A stretch of DNA of 64,000 bases from Eledone cirrhosa (GCA_964016885.1 OZ024744.1:50840001-50904000); one strand, 5' to 3'. Shown: positions 26,350 through 39,886, counted from the stretch's first letter. Notes: a model not told the origin generated them from the sequence alone. Numbers and translations are program-made.

Positions 26350-27505
26350 ATTAAGGAATTAGTTCTTGTTGACATTGAGGAAGTGGTTCTTGTTGACATT
26401 GAGGACCTAGTTCTTGTTGACATTGAGGAACTGGTTCTTGTTGACATTGAGGACCTAGTTCTTGTTGACATTGAGGAACTGGTTCTTGTTGACATTGAGG
26501 ACCTAGTTCTTGTTGACATAGAGGAACTGGTTCTTGTTGACATTTAGGACCTAGTTCTTGTTGACATTGAGGAACTGGTTCTTGTTGACATTGAGGAACT
26601 GGTTCTTGTTGACATTGAGGACTTAGTTCTTGTTGACATTGAGGAACTGGTTCTTGTTGACATTGAGGAACTGGTTCTTGTTGACATTAAGGACCTAGTT
26701 ATTGTTGACATTGAGGAACTTTTTCTTGTTGACATTGAGGAACTAGTTCTTGTTGACATTAAGGACCTAGTTATTGTTGACATTGAGGAACTAGTTCTTT
26801 TTGACATTGAGGAACTGGTTCTTGTTGACATTGAGGAACTAGTTATTGTTGGCATTGAGGAACTTGTTCTTGTTGACATTGAGGGCCTAGTTATTGTTGA
26901 CATTGAGGAACTTGTTCTTGTTGACATTGAGGAACTTGTTCTTGTTGACATTGCGGAACTTGCTCTTGCTGACATTGAGGGCCTAGTTCTTGTTGACATT
27001 GAGGAACTGGTTCTTGTTGACATTGAGGACTTAGTTCTTGTTGACATTGAGGAACTAGTTCTTGTTGACATTGAGGAACTGGTTCTTGTTGACATTGAGG
27101 AACTAGTTATTGTTGGCATCGAGGAACTTGTTCTTGTTGACATTGAGGGCCTAGTTCTTGTTGACATTGAGGAACTTGTTCTTGTTGACATTAAGGACCT
27201 AGTTATTGTTGACATTGAGGAACTGGTTATTGTTGACATTGAGGAACTAGTTCTTGTTGACATTGAGGAACTAGTTCTTTTTGACATTGAGGAACTTGTT
27301 CTTGTTGACATTGAGGACTTAGTTCTTGTTGACATTGAGGAACTAGTTATTGTTGACATTGAGGAACTTGTTCTTGTTGACATTGAGGAACTTGTTCTTG
27401 TTGACATTGAGGAACTTGTTCTTGTTGACATTGAGGGCCTAGTTATTGTTGATATTGAGGAACTTGTTCTTGTTGATATTGAGGAACTTGTTCTTGCTGA
27501 CATTA
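26350..27505. repeat. 24-bp minisatellite (~48 copies) in the last intron
   Basis: Unit GACATTGAGGAACTGGTTCTTGTT with a few recurrent variants. Confidence 0.97.
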
Positions 27506-28214
27506 ATTATTGTCATTGTTTTCTATTGTTATCTATTATCATAATCATCTTCAACATTATCCATTTTCCACACTAGCATGAGTTAGACAAGCTGTCCATT
27601 GTGAGACATGTAAGGTCAGAGGACCATGTCTTGCTCATCTATTTTCCATACTAGCATGGGTTAGAGAAACTGTCCAAACGATGCCAGAGGACCATGTCTT
27701 GCTCATGTATTTGCCACATTAGCATGGGTTAGACAAGCTGTCCATTACAAGTGATGTCAGAGGATCATGTCTTGTTCATACAGAACTAATTTTGTCTTGG
27801 TTTCTACAGCTGGATGCCCCTCCTAACACCATATATCATCATCATCGATTAACGTCCATCTTCCACGCTAGTATGGGTTAGATGGGTCCCATTTAGAATC
27901 AACTTGGGTCAGGTGACCGTGTCTCACTCATATAGGGGTGTTTCTGGCTGGTTTTCTACAGCTGGGTGCCCTTCTTAACGCCATATATATATTTATTACA
28001 ATTACTATTATTGTTATTGCTACAGTTTTCTCTTTAGCCATGTCTCCTTTCCACCATTCAAACCCCACTCTGTGTTGTTTTTATCTTTGTAATGTCCCCA
28101 ATGACATGGCCCTTGTGGCCAATAAAAGAAATCATCATCATCATCATCATCATCATTTTTGTTGTTGTTATTATTGTTATTTGTGAATTATATTTATTTG
28201 TCTATATTTTTCAG

Positions 28215-28305
28215 ACTGTTGTTTCTTGGTCTCGGTACTGGGTGCCTTCTCGTTTTCTTCATTGACTTCAACAAATGGCATCACGAATACCAAGAACGCT
28301 ACTGA
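28215..28305 (+). CDS. NBEA: Neurobeachin/LRBA-like terminal coding exon with stop codon
   Basis: tttcag|A CTG...[36 protein letters not shown] matches the conserved family C-terminus IDFNRWHYEHQxRY. Confidence 0.95.
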
Positions 28306-29066
28306 ACTTTTCCTCCATAGAAATGTGACACGGAGCTTTGAAGAAGTCAATGGCGCCTTACCTGTCTCTGTGTTACCTGCACCAGAGTGGAGGATGGTTC
28401 ACTGGAATGTTAGCGTGGGCACGGATTATCGAAACATTTCATCAACACAATAGACGTATCAAAACGGAAAAAAATAACATATATATTATGTATCTGTGTG
28501 TGTGTGTGTGTGTGTGCGTACATGTGTGTGTGTGTGTGTGCATATGTAGACATATATACATATTATATATGTGGATGTGTATACGTACATATGTATGTAT
28601 ATATATTCTATGCAAATATATATTTATATATATATATGTATATCCATATAATATATGTGTGTGTGTGTGTGTATATATACTTGAATGTATCTATAACTAT
28701 ATAAACACATACATATACATGTTATGTATGTGTGTTTAGATATAGATATACATATATACACATATGATAAATTGGTGTAATTAAGAGAAATGAATTTCTA
28801 AAAGCTATACACTCTATTCAGATATGTACACACATATATATATATATGTGTGTGTGTGTGTGTATGTATTTATGTATATATATATATATCTATATCTATA
28901 TATATATATACATATATTCAGGACTGTATTTATTGTTTGTTTGTTTGTTTGTTTGTTTTTTCTTCCCAACCCCAACTACTCCCTGAAACCCTCCCGAAAA
29001 TGAAAAAAATTATTTTTCCCCCAAATTAGTGATTAGGGTTTTTTACACACACATACACACACATGC

Positions 29067-29102
<36 letters not shown>

Positions 29103-29825
29103 CAGTTTATTAACTAGTTCAAAAACTACTACTACTTCTATTAATAATACTATTTCTATTGCTGTGAATGTTTCTAATGAACAACTGTTGTGTATAACTG
29201 AAATTCATTTAATGAATGTGAAAAAGTAGAAAAAAGTCAGATAAATATATATATCTTGGAAACATAGATTGGAATTATGTCTGAAGTTGGAATATAGATG
29301 AGGAAGAAACAAATCCCTTAACAATGTATTCTGGCAGTGTATATGTCTGTCTGCCTGTGTGTGCTTGTGTGTATGTATATATATATATACACACACACAC
29401 TCACACACAATTGAATTATTAGTTGCCACTCTGACACAACATACCCAGTTCATTTATCATTGAGGGTTGATCAAACTAACTCAGATATATTGAGTTGTGT
29501 TAGTTCTACGCAACAATGATTTTGGTTAACTCCATTTATATTATATATGTATATGTGTGTGTGTATAGATGCTTATACATATGAATATATATATAAAATT
29601 CAAGGGTAAGATATTGTCTAGACAAATGTATCCACTTTATGAGTGTTTGTATGATTATATAAGCATGGGTATAAGATCTGACTTTAGGTTCTAATAGTGA
29701 CTACCTGTAGCACTTTGGTTAACCTATACTTTTGTCAGACAATATGATTAATTACTTTATGTATTAATCAATATTCTAATATATATACATAGGTGTGTGT
29801 GTATATAATATATATATACACACAC

Positions 29826-29857
<32 letters not shown>

Positions 29858-30203
29858 ATCATAGTTTCTATCCATGTTTAAAACTCTGAGTAGAAAAGAA
29901 TACATAAATTCTACTACATATATTGAGTACTCTCTTGTTTGCTTCATTATATATTTACATATCTATTCACACACACTCACACACACAAACCCATTATATG
30001 TATGTATAAGTGTGTGTGTATAAGGCAAAGAATTTCAAAATTTCCATCTACAAACATGTTCTACAGCAAGATCCATGCATACGTATATCTCTCTCTCAAT
30101 ATATTTATTGTTGCACAGAAATAAGAATGTGTTTATCAACGGAGCTGGGCTTATCCCTCTCCTTTGTAACTACTATTTGCATTACATATCTACACACACA
30201 CAC

Positions 30204-30255
<52 letters not shown>

Positions 30256-30262
30256 TTATATA

Positions 30263-30294
<32 letters not shown>

Positions 30295-31353
30295 CATGTG
30301 TGTGTGTGTATTTGTTTATGTATATGTACATATATATATACATGTGTGTGTGTATGTGTATGTATATATATATATATATATATGTATATACACATACACT
30401 AGCTACCTTAAGAGTTTTATTAAAAATTTCCTTCGTGTGGGTTTATTACCAACAATAATAATAATAACCGATATTTTACATATATATATATATTAACAGA
30501 TTTTGTTGCTTTTTTTTTTTTGTCTCTATTATTTTTTATTTTTTTTATTCCAAGCAAATTTTTAAAAATTAAAATAAAACGAAAAACATTTCTATTATCT
30601 TGCTGGTCTGACAATAATCCTTTGACCTTTGACCTTTGACTTTTTACTAAACAAGTTTTGCTTGTCGTCTGCTGTGTCAGACTTTTGCTTTGTCTTACAA
30701 ATTCATTCCACAAAAGTTTTTTTTTTTTTTTTCGTTTATTACTTTTTTTTTTTGTTTTTATGTTTGTTTTTTTTCTTTTCTATTTTATCGGTCTCTATCT
30801 CTATCTCTCTTTACACAGTTTCTTTTAACAACACCACCACCACTACTATTGCATGCTTAGAATTACTCCCTGCCCCCTCTTTTATTTTTATGAATTTTTA
30901 TTTTCCTTGGTGATTGGCGGAAAAAAAAACAAACAAAAAACATGCAATTTTCAAAGAACAACAAAAGTGCAAAAAAATGTTTTTTTTTATAATTTATATT
31001 TTTTAATTTTTAAAAACAAAAAATAAAGAAAAAAAACTTCGTCCTGCATTCCAATAAGATATGTGTTCACCTGCGGTTATTAATAATAATAATAATTATT
31101 ATTATTATATATAGTATATACACTAGTTTTTGTTGTGTTTCTTAATAGTTAGTATATACATATATAAATAAATATATTTTATGTATGGTATAAAAAAAAC
31201 AAGCTATTTATAAAAGCTAGTGTATACTATACACATACACACACACACACACACATATATATATTATTATTAAAGAAAGAAGTTTCACTTCAACATATTT
31301 AATTCATAATCATACATAACACTAAGTACAAAAGGTGAACTTAATCTGATTCT

Positions 31354-31446
31354 AATCTCCATTGTTTCTGATGAACAAATCAGTCCTGGAGTCGATTGAT
31401 TAAAGTTCCGAGCTGGTCATTTGTGAAACATGTGTCATGTGTGATT
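31354..31446 (+). ncRNA. Hammerhead-like motif in the putative 3' UTR (stem I defective)
   Basis: CUGAUGA (31368)-ACAAAU...AUUUGU-GAAA (31425)-CAUGUG-UC. Stem I pairs only with a 5-nt offset. Confidence 0.4.
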
Positions 31447-31965
31447 ACATATAAACAAATGTTGAATTGAAACTCTCTCATTCTTGATATAAACATTCTG
31501 CTTATTACAGTAATAAGAAAGTGGTGCCACACTTTTAACACTGAATATGCAGTTCATGTAAAAGCATAGTGCTGAGATAGGTGCCACAACCTATAGTAAT
31601 TATAATTAGTATTATTTCTCAACTGGCACTATACATATATACATACACACACACACACATATATATATATAAAATACACACACACACACACATGTAACAC
31701 AATTCCTGGTGTCAATAATGATCATGAAGATGATGTATGCATGGGGAGCATACATTTTCAAAGTTACCTTATGATACTACCATTGCTGCCACCACTACTA
31801 CTACTAACCCTAACATTACTATTATTCCTCTTATCACTACTACTACTATTACTACCACCACTACTACTATACTATGGTCGTAATGTATGTGTATATTTAG
31901 ATATTTGTGTATGCACATGTGCATGTGTACACATGCATAATACACATATATACCTATATATATAT

Positions 31966-32298
31966 GGAGGCACATGGCTTAGTCGTTAGAGCATTGGGCT
32001 TGCAATTGAAAGGTTATGAGTTCAAATCTCGGACTGGGTGATGTGTTGTTTCCTTGAGCAAGACACTTTATTTCACATTGCTCCAGTTTAATCAGCTGTA
32101 GAAATGAGATGATAGGGACTGGAATCCCTATCATTCCACTGCAAAGTGGTCGTGGTGGTGCCACAGCAAAAAAGCACCCAGCACTCACTGTAAATGAGGT
32201 TGGTGTTAGGAAGGGCATCCAGCTGTAGAAATCAAGCCAGAATCAGTTCCCGTCCCACCCTTGCAAGCAGGGAAAAGTGGACGTAAAATGATGATGAT
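31966..32298 (+). mobile_element. tRNA-derived SINE with RTE-type tail
   Basis: A box TGGCTTAGTCGTTAG, B box GAGTTCAAATC, core TCCTTGAGCAAGACACTTTA, tail GGACGTAAAA(TGA)n. Confidence 0.88.
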
Positions 32299-33288
32299 AT
32301 ATGTATGTATGTTTATATATGTATGTATATGTATATACACACATACACACACACGGTTGTGTGGATGTGGTATATCTGTATGAATAAAATATTTTTTAGT
32401 AATGAATATTTTAGAGAAAGAAAATGTCCGGGTTCAATCCGTAGTGACAGTGGTAGAGATCAGCGAATCGTCGTAATTTAAATGATAAACAACAACAACA
32501 GACAAACCAACTCCCTTATCTCCCATCCCACCCCCTCCCTTCAACCCCCAAATAAATGAAGACAAAAACAAAACAAAAAAAAATAAAAGGAAATATAATC
32601 TATAAAATGGATTGCATGGATCGAATAAGCATCTTTTGGATGTTAACATATCACGTCTCCCGATAACTTTATCTAATTTTATTCCTCTTGAATGGAAAAA
32701 CAAACAACACACTCACACACACACACACACACACTCCATACACATATAAACATATAAATGTGTGTGTGGTGATGGTGATGACGATATATAAACACAGATG
32801 GCATGTGAATATTGTTGCCTCTGTACTTGCGTCTGTGTAAATATATGTGTGTGTGTGTGCGCGCGTCTTTGTTTAAAATGTCTATACACTTGTGTGTGTG
32901 TATGTTTGCATGTACATACATTTATACACATTTTGTTTAGACTATTTCTCATTTTCTTCTTTTTTTAACACAAAAAAAAAAACGAAATTATAATTTATTT
33001 ATCTATCATGCTTATTATCGGATCCTTGTCGATTCCTTCCGTTTCTGAAAGGAAGAATTTAAAATTAAATGAAATAAAGCAACAACTACCAACACCAAAC
33101 TAATCAACAGAATTCTACAATTTTTTTAAAATGTAATTTAACAGAGAGGAAGGAAAATAACAAAGTAACCAAAACATTCCGTTAAATTTTGGATAATTCT
33201 TTCTTGAGTAGAAATAGCATGTAAGCCTTACATACATAGAAATATATATATATACACACACACACACAAAAACAGACAAACATACACA

Positions 33289-33357
<69 letters not shown>

Positions 33358-33884
33358 TTGTCTATATATGCATATCATTGTGTGTGTGTGTTTATATATA
33401 TATATTTTAACACACACACATATATATATATTATATGTATCTGTATAGCAAGATAATGAAGATTTTTTTACATTCCTGTTTATACATTCCTATTAATTAA
33501 CTGTATATACTGAGAAGAAAATGTATCATTATTGTTATTATTATTATTGTTATTATTATTTCTATTATTTTTATTACTATTATCATTGTTACCAACGTTT
33601 AAAATTGCTTACTATGTCTATCTTTTCTCCTTTATCTTTCTTTTCAGTTAAATGTTTACTTCAATCTTTGTACCCAACCCCCACAACAGCAGCCCTTATT
33701 AATATGTTGGGTTACTAGCAGAATTGATTATTATTAGTAGTAGTACCAATGAACGTAGTACCAAAATTAGAAAGCAATATTATTAGTTCTTTAGTCTTAT
33801 ATTTATATTGTATGCTTTCACTGCACAACCAAGTACAGCTGTATATGTCTTGGACATGTGCAGTGGTTTTATTGAGTGTTGTTG

Positions 33885-34260
33885 TTTCAATTGTATTGAA
33901 AATACTCTATACAATATGTTTGCAGTGCCCAGTAGGGATATTTTCTGTGTGTTCCTCCTGGAATTTTGGTAATTTATTTCCCTACATCTTTCGAAAACCT
34001 ATTACCTTATATTTTGCATTTAGCTGTATTTTAAGTATTAATCTAATGCATCTCTAGTATTCCTTCTTAATATTTTCTTTCATTTATGTGTGTTGTACTC
34101 TGTCCAGTTTGTTGGTTCCTAAGTATTTGTAAGTCTGTGTTTCCTATAATTCTCTATTTCTTTGTCTAACAGGATATTTGTTGTTTACATCAGTTTTTCT
34201 CTCTAGAAGCTTGCCATGGTGCATTTTTTATTCTAAATAAAATTTCATGTTAATCCCGCT
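33885..34260 (-). mobile_element. Old, internally deleted R4/Dong-like fragment
   Basis: Minus strand gives TYKYLG...KENIKKEY..IRLILK..LNAK joined to the C-terminal QKISLLGTANILYRVFS. Confidence 0.6.
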
Positions 34261-34841
34261 ACTAAAGCCATGTATTATCTGTGGCAGTGTTTCTAGCTGT
34301 CTGTCGTCTGCAGTGATAAATTGAGGTCATCCATGTACCCAGGAGATGGTTGATTGTTCTCACTGCATTTGTATCCAAGTCTGATTTAGATTGTTTCAAA
34401 ATTATTTTCCATTTACTCGTGACATGCTTGATATAGCTGTTTGTTATAGATGCTACCCTACCCATAGCTAGTGTTTCATGATCCTAGGGTTCGAGAACAC
34501 TTGTCAAAAGCCTTCTAGTAGTCAATCCATATTCCCCACTCTTACCACAATATTTCTTTTGGGCTTTCTTGCGAATAGCACTGCACTGATTTCCGTTTTG
34601 CATTTAATTAGTTCCTGGGTAAAATCTTTTTCAGTTGGAGCCAAACTGTTTCTTTGGGGGTTTGTTTTCTTTTTTTGTTGTTGTTCTCCCTCCTCTTCTT
34701 CTTCTTATTATTATTATTATTATGCCTCGTCTCAGCATAGGTACTGATGTGTTATATGATATTATTATCTTGTCGTATATAAAAACCATACATGTGTGTA
34801 TGGTTACATACATACACAGGCATGCATATACATATATATAC

Positions 34842-34880
<39 letters not shown>

Positions 34881-35169
34881 GTGTTGTGTGTAGAAAGATG
34901 TGCGTGTGTGCACCCAAGACTATATATATATATATAATGTATATATACATATATAGACTCACATGTATGTGACTGTATGTATGTATGTATCTATGTATGT
35001 ATAAAAAGATGGAATACAAATTCAATAACAATATCAATAATCTTTGAATTCTGCTGGTAAGTTGTCTGAAGCCATATCTTGCTGTTTTTTTTTGTCTTTG
35101 CTTTCACTTCTTTATGGTTTTCACTATAGAAAGATCCCGCCCAGTATTCAAAAAAAAAAAATAATAATA

Positions 35170-35213
<44 letters not shown>

Positions 35214-35596
35214 AACAACAACCTTAGACAACAGTACCTTAACCTTACCTGTATTCTATGAGCACAAATTAATAAAAAGGAAAATTATGCAAGAACAATT
35301 AAAATTTACCACAACACCCCTCACCCTACTCCCTAGGTAACATTGTGATGTCATGTTTTTTATTATTATTTTTGTTTGTTTCTTTTTTATTATTATAATT
35401 TGTTTTACATGTTTTTTCTTCTTTTTTATCCTTTTTTAGTGGAATAATAAATAAATAAATAAATAATAAATGATTAATAAATTTTTTAAAAAATTAATTA
35501 CCCAACAGAAATAGCTGAAAAGATCCTCATGTTATGTTTGCACATATGAATAAAAACAATGCTTCATGTTGATTCTGTGTTGTTGATTCTCTTTAA

Positions 35597-36050
35597 CCCT
35601 TTAGCATTTAAACCAGCCATATCTGGCCAGAATTCTCTCAACTCTTTCTGTTCAAATCGGCTGTAACTGGCCACTCATACTGATGTTAAGGTATTGTTCT
35701 CAAAATAAATATCAAAATCTCATAGATTCAATATTATGTGAGAAAATTATGTGAAGTAAAGTGTTTACCATGAAAATACAATAGTAAATGTAGAGTAATG
35801 TAAATGTTAAAGGGTTAGGGTTATTCTTAACCCTTTTCATTATCATATTTTTAATGAAAAACACTGCCTATAATTTTGAAAATGATGAACAGTTTTGCAG
35901 GTATTTAGTAATATAACTAACTTTTTCATTATAAAGTTGGTGTTTGGAACATAACTTAACAGATTTTACATAAAATTATGATGGACAAGCTTTAGATATA
36001 TATAAACAGTTTTGTATTGTAGAATGATGAGTGATTTGGTCTCCAAAGGG
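35597..36050. mobile_element. Two adjacent piggyBac-like MITEs
   Basis: TTAA-CCCTTT...AAAGGG-TTA(G/A) termini at 35597-35814 and ~35831-36050. Confidence 0.65.
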
Positions 36051-36239
36051 TTAAACTTCCCACCACCACCACTAACCAGCTTTGTTGTATAGAATGTGTT
36101 TGTCCTTACATGTACTTGTGGTGGTGTTCACCCAGGATGGGTTGAGCTGGTCCATCGAAGGATTTCATAGTGGTCTACTGTTACCTTAATGCTAACTCCA
36201 TCCACCAGAGCATTAAGGTAACAGTAGACCACCCACTAA

Positions 36240-37360
36240 GCACCCCAACCATAAATTACCTGTGTTAGACACAGAACTCTGGATGGAAAATAGGAATGAT
36301 AATGCCTAAATCCAAGTTTCCGATCCACTAGAACTCAGCTATGTCAGATAGTACTAAGTTCATTATCTTAATAGGGTGATGAGAAATGTGTCCTGTATGT
36401 GCGATCCAACAGAGTTAAAGGGACAACACTTTATCTACCACATACAGTTCTCTGGTTATAACCTGAGACAAGATCAAGGTATACAAAGGAACCATGGCTA
36501 AATTCAAAACCATTATAGAGAATGATATGAATGAAATTTACCCACTATACAGGAATAAATCATGGAATAGCAGAGAAAGGACTAAGAAAAAGATAGGGAA
36601 GGCTAACTCTTAGTATGACAGCCAAAAATACCAGAGTGTCATATTTGTCGATGCTACCCCTAGAGGTGAACTAGCGTATCGTTTTACAAGAGCCTTAGAA
36701 AAAAAATGAACCTTAGGATTAAAGTTGTAGAAAAACGAGGAGGTACCATACAATTCTGGATCAGTAGGTAATACCTCGGTACAGATAAAAACTGTATAGT
36801 CTGTAAAACTAGAAATGTAGGATCAAATGTCCAGAGGGACAAGAACATACATAGGAGAGACAGCCCGTAGTATAAGAGAGAGATTAAAGGAACACTGGCG
36901 AGAACTTAAGGAGAAAGGTTCATCAGTACTATGCCAACATGCCAAACTAGAAAACAAGGGCTCAATAGATAACATAGAAATACATATCTTATCCACACAT
37001 AGAACTGACACAACACTCAGACAAATTACGGAGGCCATAAACATAATAGAAGATAGTCCTAGCCTGAACAGAAAACAACTTAATGACTAAAGATAGATTA
37101 GAGTCACAAACAGCAAACGATACAAACCCAAACACATATAGACATGACAAATACTAAAACACGCGCACACAGACACGAAACACAAAAAAGCACCACAAAA
37201 CAAAGACAAGATGGAGTAGAAGTTTAAGACCAGGAAAAAGAGGAGGCAGAAAACAATCATTGAGGAGGTTACAGAATGTGTGACGAAAGAACTTTGATAA
37301 ACAAATGAATAATAAAGATAAAGTGGAAATTATATGGTTCGTGTGTTTCTATTGGCAACA
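36240..37360 (+). mobile_element. Penelope-like element 3' fragment (GIY-YIG endonuclease plus pLTR)
   Basis: TYIGETARSIRERLKEH...LRQITEAINI...PSLNRK (GIY-YIG), followed by a hammerhead-like motif. Confidence 0.85.
37256..37298 (+). ncRNA. Degenerate minimal hammerhead in PLE pLTR
   Basis: AUCA-UUGAGGA-G-GUUACA GAAUG UGUGAC-GAAA-GAAC-UU-UGAU (C3 changed to U). Confidence 0.55.
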
Positions 37361-37659
37361 TGACCATCCTCCATATATAACCATCGGTTTCAACACACGA
37401 CTTCAAATCAAGAATCTTACAGAACAAATATCTAAACGTAAGTTTTATAGATATTTATTTGTATAATCAAGTTTTATTTATTGCGATCAATAAAGACACC
37501 GCTAAATATCTTTGCTGTAAAACAACGTTGCAGAAATATCCGAAGTGGTGGAGAGGGTTGTATGGTGTTGTGATTTCGTATATGTGACTGTAGACTGTGT
37601 ACAAGCTGTAGACTGTGTACAAGCTTAGTAATTTTCGTTGTGTGGTCAGAGCTAAAAAT

Positions 37660-37826
37660 TACTCTCGTGCTCCAAATAATAAGGGGTTTGGAATAAGCGG
37701 GATGAGGATAGGTTGGTAAATCGGTAATTTTCTCCATTGATATTTTAAAAACCAGAATTAGACGTTTAGTTTACATATTGAGAAATTAATAATGAGGAGG
37801 GGGGTATTATTCGAGACCCGAGAGTA
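37660..37826. mobile_element. TA-flanked MITE (Tc1/mariner/pogo-like)
   Basis: TA-CTCTCGTGCTCCAAATAATA ... TATTATTCGAGACCCGAGAG-TA. A related right end is at 59040-59090. Confidence 0.6.
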
Positions 37827-37849
37827 GGTTCATCAGCTTACCAAACTTT

Positions 37850-38275
37850 AGGTGATAAACAGCCAGGAGATATCATACTTTGTAGAGTTAACCAAGGGTG
37901 ATAATATCCAGGAGATATCACACATTGAAGACCTTGCCAAGGGTGATAATATACAGGAGATAGCACGCAATGTAGAGCTAGCTAAAGGTGATAAACAGCC
38001 AGGAGATATACATTGGAGAGCTAGCCAAGGGTGATAATATCCAGGAGATATCACACATTGTAGAGCTAGCCAAGGGTGATAAACAGCCAGGAGATAGCAC
38101 ACATTGTAGAGCAAGTCTAGGGTGATAAACAGCCAGGAGATATCATACATTGGAGAGCTAGTGTAGGGTGATAAACAGCCAGGGGATATCATACATTGTA
38201 GAGTTAGCTAAAGGTGATAAACAGCCAGGAGATAGCACGCATTGTAGAGCTAGCCAAGGGTGATAATATCCAGGC
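37850..38275. repeat. 45-46-bp minisatellite (~9 copies)
   Basis: Unit GGTGATAAACAGCCAGGAGATATCATACATTGTAGAGCTAGCCAAG. Confidence 0.9.
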
Positions 38276-38808
38276 ACCGGCTCTGGTTATATGACAACAT
38301 GGTTTAATAATTTGGGAACTACTATATGTCAACTTTCTACACAGGTTAATCACTACTGACTACTGACCTGATAATTCAAATAAGTTAATGGATAAAGAAC
38401 TGAGTTATTTCATCCTTCAGCATATGATTTGGCTCATAGAACACAATACTTTCTACATACATACTATTGTTAATAGAACAATAGAAGTGGGATGCAAGTT
38501 GTCTACCTCCTCGCAGTGAGTCCTGCACACTGATCTCTGGTCTCTGAATTCTGATTTCTGATCAGGACGACAACAACCCGAGAAGACAGCAACTGTCTCA
38601 TACAGAAGAAGGAGAAGAAGAAGTTAATAGAACGTGGTTATTATTCTACACACGTCTTAGGGATCATCTCTTCCTAGACACGCTACCTTCAACGAACCAG
38701 ACCATTCTACAAACAAAACATTTTATTCTATATGTTACTAAATGGAGAAGAAATACTTCACTCTTGAGGTGCAAGCACGTTAATAGTTGAATCATTACAA
38801 TACTCTTG

Positions 38809-38871
<63 letters not shown>

Positions 38872-39289
38872 ACACTGTTTATATCAACTCAGCTGCACAC
38901 GCACACACACACTTACACATACACACACACATATGCACATACGTACACACACACATACACATACACACACTCACACACACAATGTAAAAGGACTCACTTG
39001 TATAGACACATGCACATGTTTTCCGGACTCACTTGTATAAAGACCCATGAATATATGCACATAGAAATACATGTAAATATTGTATTTTCTACAACGTAAC
39101 GTGAGCATTATATAAAATAGTCATAACCGTTGATATCCTTAACATAAAGGCAAACAAATTGACATCAAACCAACACTGTCCAAAGACTCAGGCAAATATA
39201 ATCCGTAAAGTTACACTTAACCCGACCCACCACATACATAACATACATAAATTAAAACCAACCACGTCCTTCAAAACAATATCCAACTC

Positions 39290-39632
39290 AAAAGGGTAAA
39301 TACCCTTTTCAGTCACGAATGACCATGGGATTTGCATCTAAAAAGTTCCCCTCTGAGGCATAAGTCCGGGCAAGGTTCTTTGTGGAAGACCAGCAGTCAC
39401 CCATACATACCAGTCTCCCCTCTCCAACCACTGATGTTGACCAAGGGAAAGGCTAAGGCTGATACAGCTTGGCACCTGTGACGTCACAACTCATTTCTAC
39501 AGCTGAGTGAACTGAAGCAGCGTGAAATAAAGTGTCTTGCTCAAGGACACAACGCAAAGCCTGATCCCAGAATCGAACTCACTATCTCACGATTGTAAGC
39601 CCGGCGCTCTAACCACACTACATCATGCGCCT
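39290..39632 (-). mobile_element. tRNA-derived SINE with the same head/core as 31966-32298 but a different 3' half
   Basis: Shares CTTGAGCAAGACACTTTATTTCAC..CAGCTGTAGAAATGAG, then diverges. Confidence 0.75.
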
Positions 39633-39886
39633 TCACTTATAACAATAACTAAGCTTACAATAATTACTGGTATAGGAAAGAAGGGCGTCAGCAGGCTGCA
39701 ACTGTCGTATTACGTAGTTTCTGTATAACTCTGCAGCTACCACTTCCCCATTATATAACTGGCTTTACACACGCACAGAATCAGAACAATCACTAAATAT
39801 ACTCTCCAACCATCAAGAGACACTCCCTCAACTAAACTACTCGCTTAACAATAAAACCAGAAGTGACTAAACCAACATGTTGCAAT

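Larger units (their letters stand above)
28306..35575 (+). other. Probable long 3' UTR of the neurobeachin-like gene
   Basis: U/AU-rich and microsatellite-rich stretch after the stop, with few TE insertions. AATAAA at 35549-35554 is followed by a GT/T-rich tract, after which TE density rises. Earlier AATAAA sites also exist, so the end is an inference. Confidence 0.45.

Noticed and set aside
28303-28320. Stop-codon readthrough of the neurobeachin TGA
   Set aside because: The context is TGA-ACT rather than TGA-CTAG, and an in-frame TAG follows after four codons.
30620-30642. TGACCTTTGACCTTTGAC nuclear-receptor DR1-like site
   Set aside because: It is a short 7-bp tandem with no independent support for regulatory function.
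31966-32040. tRNA gene (also the heads at 58087 and 60632)
   Set aside because: A and B boxes are present, but the acceptor stem is incomplete and the sequence continues into a SINE core and tail.
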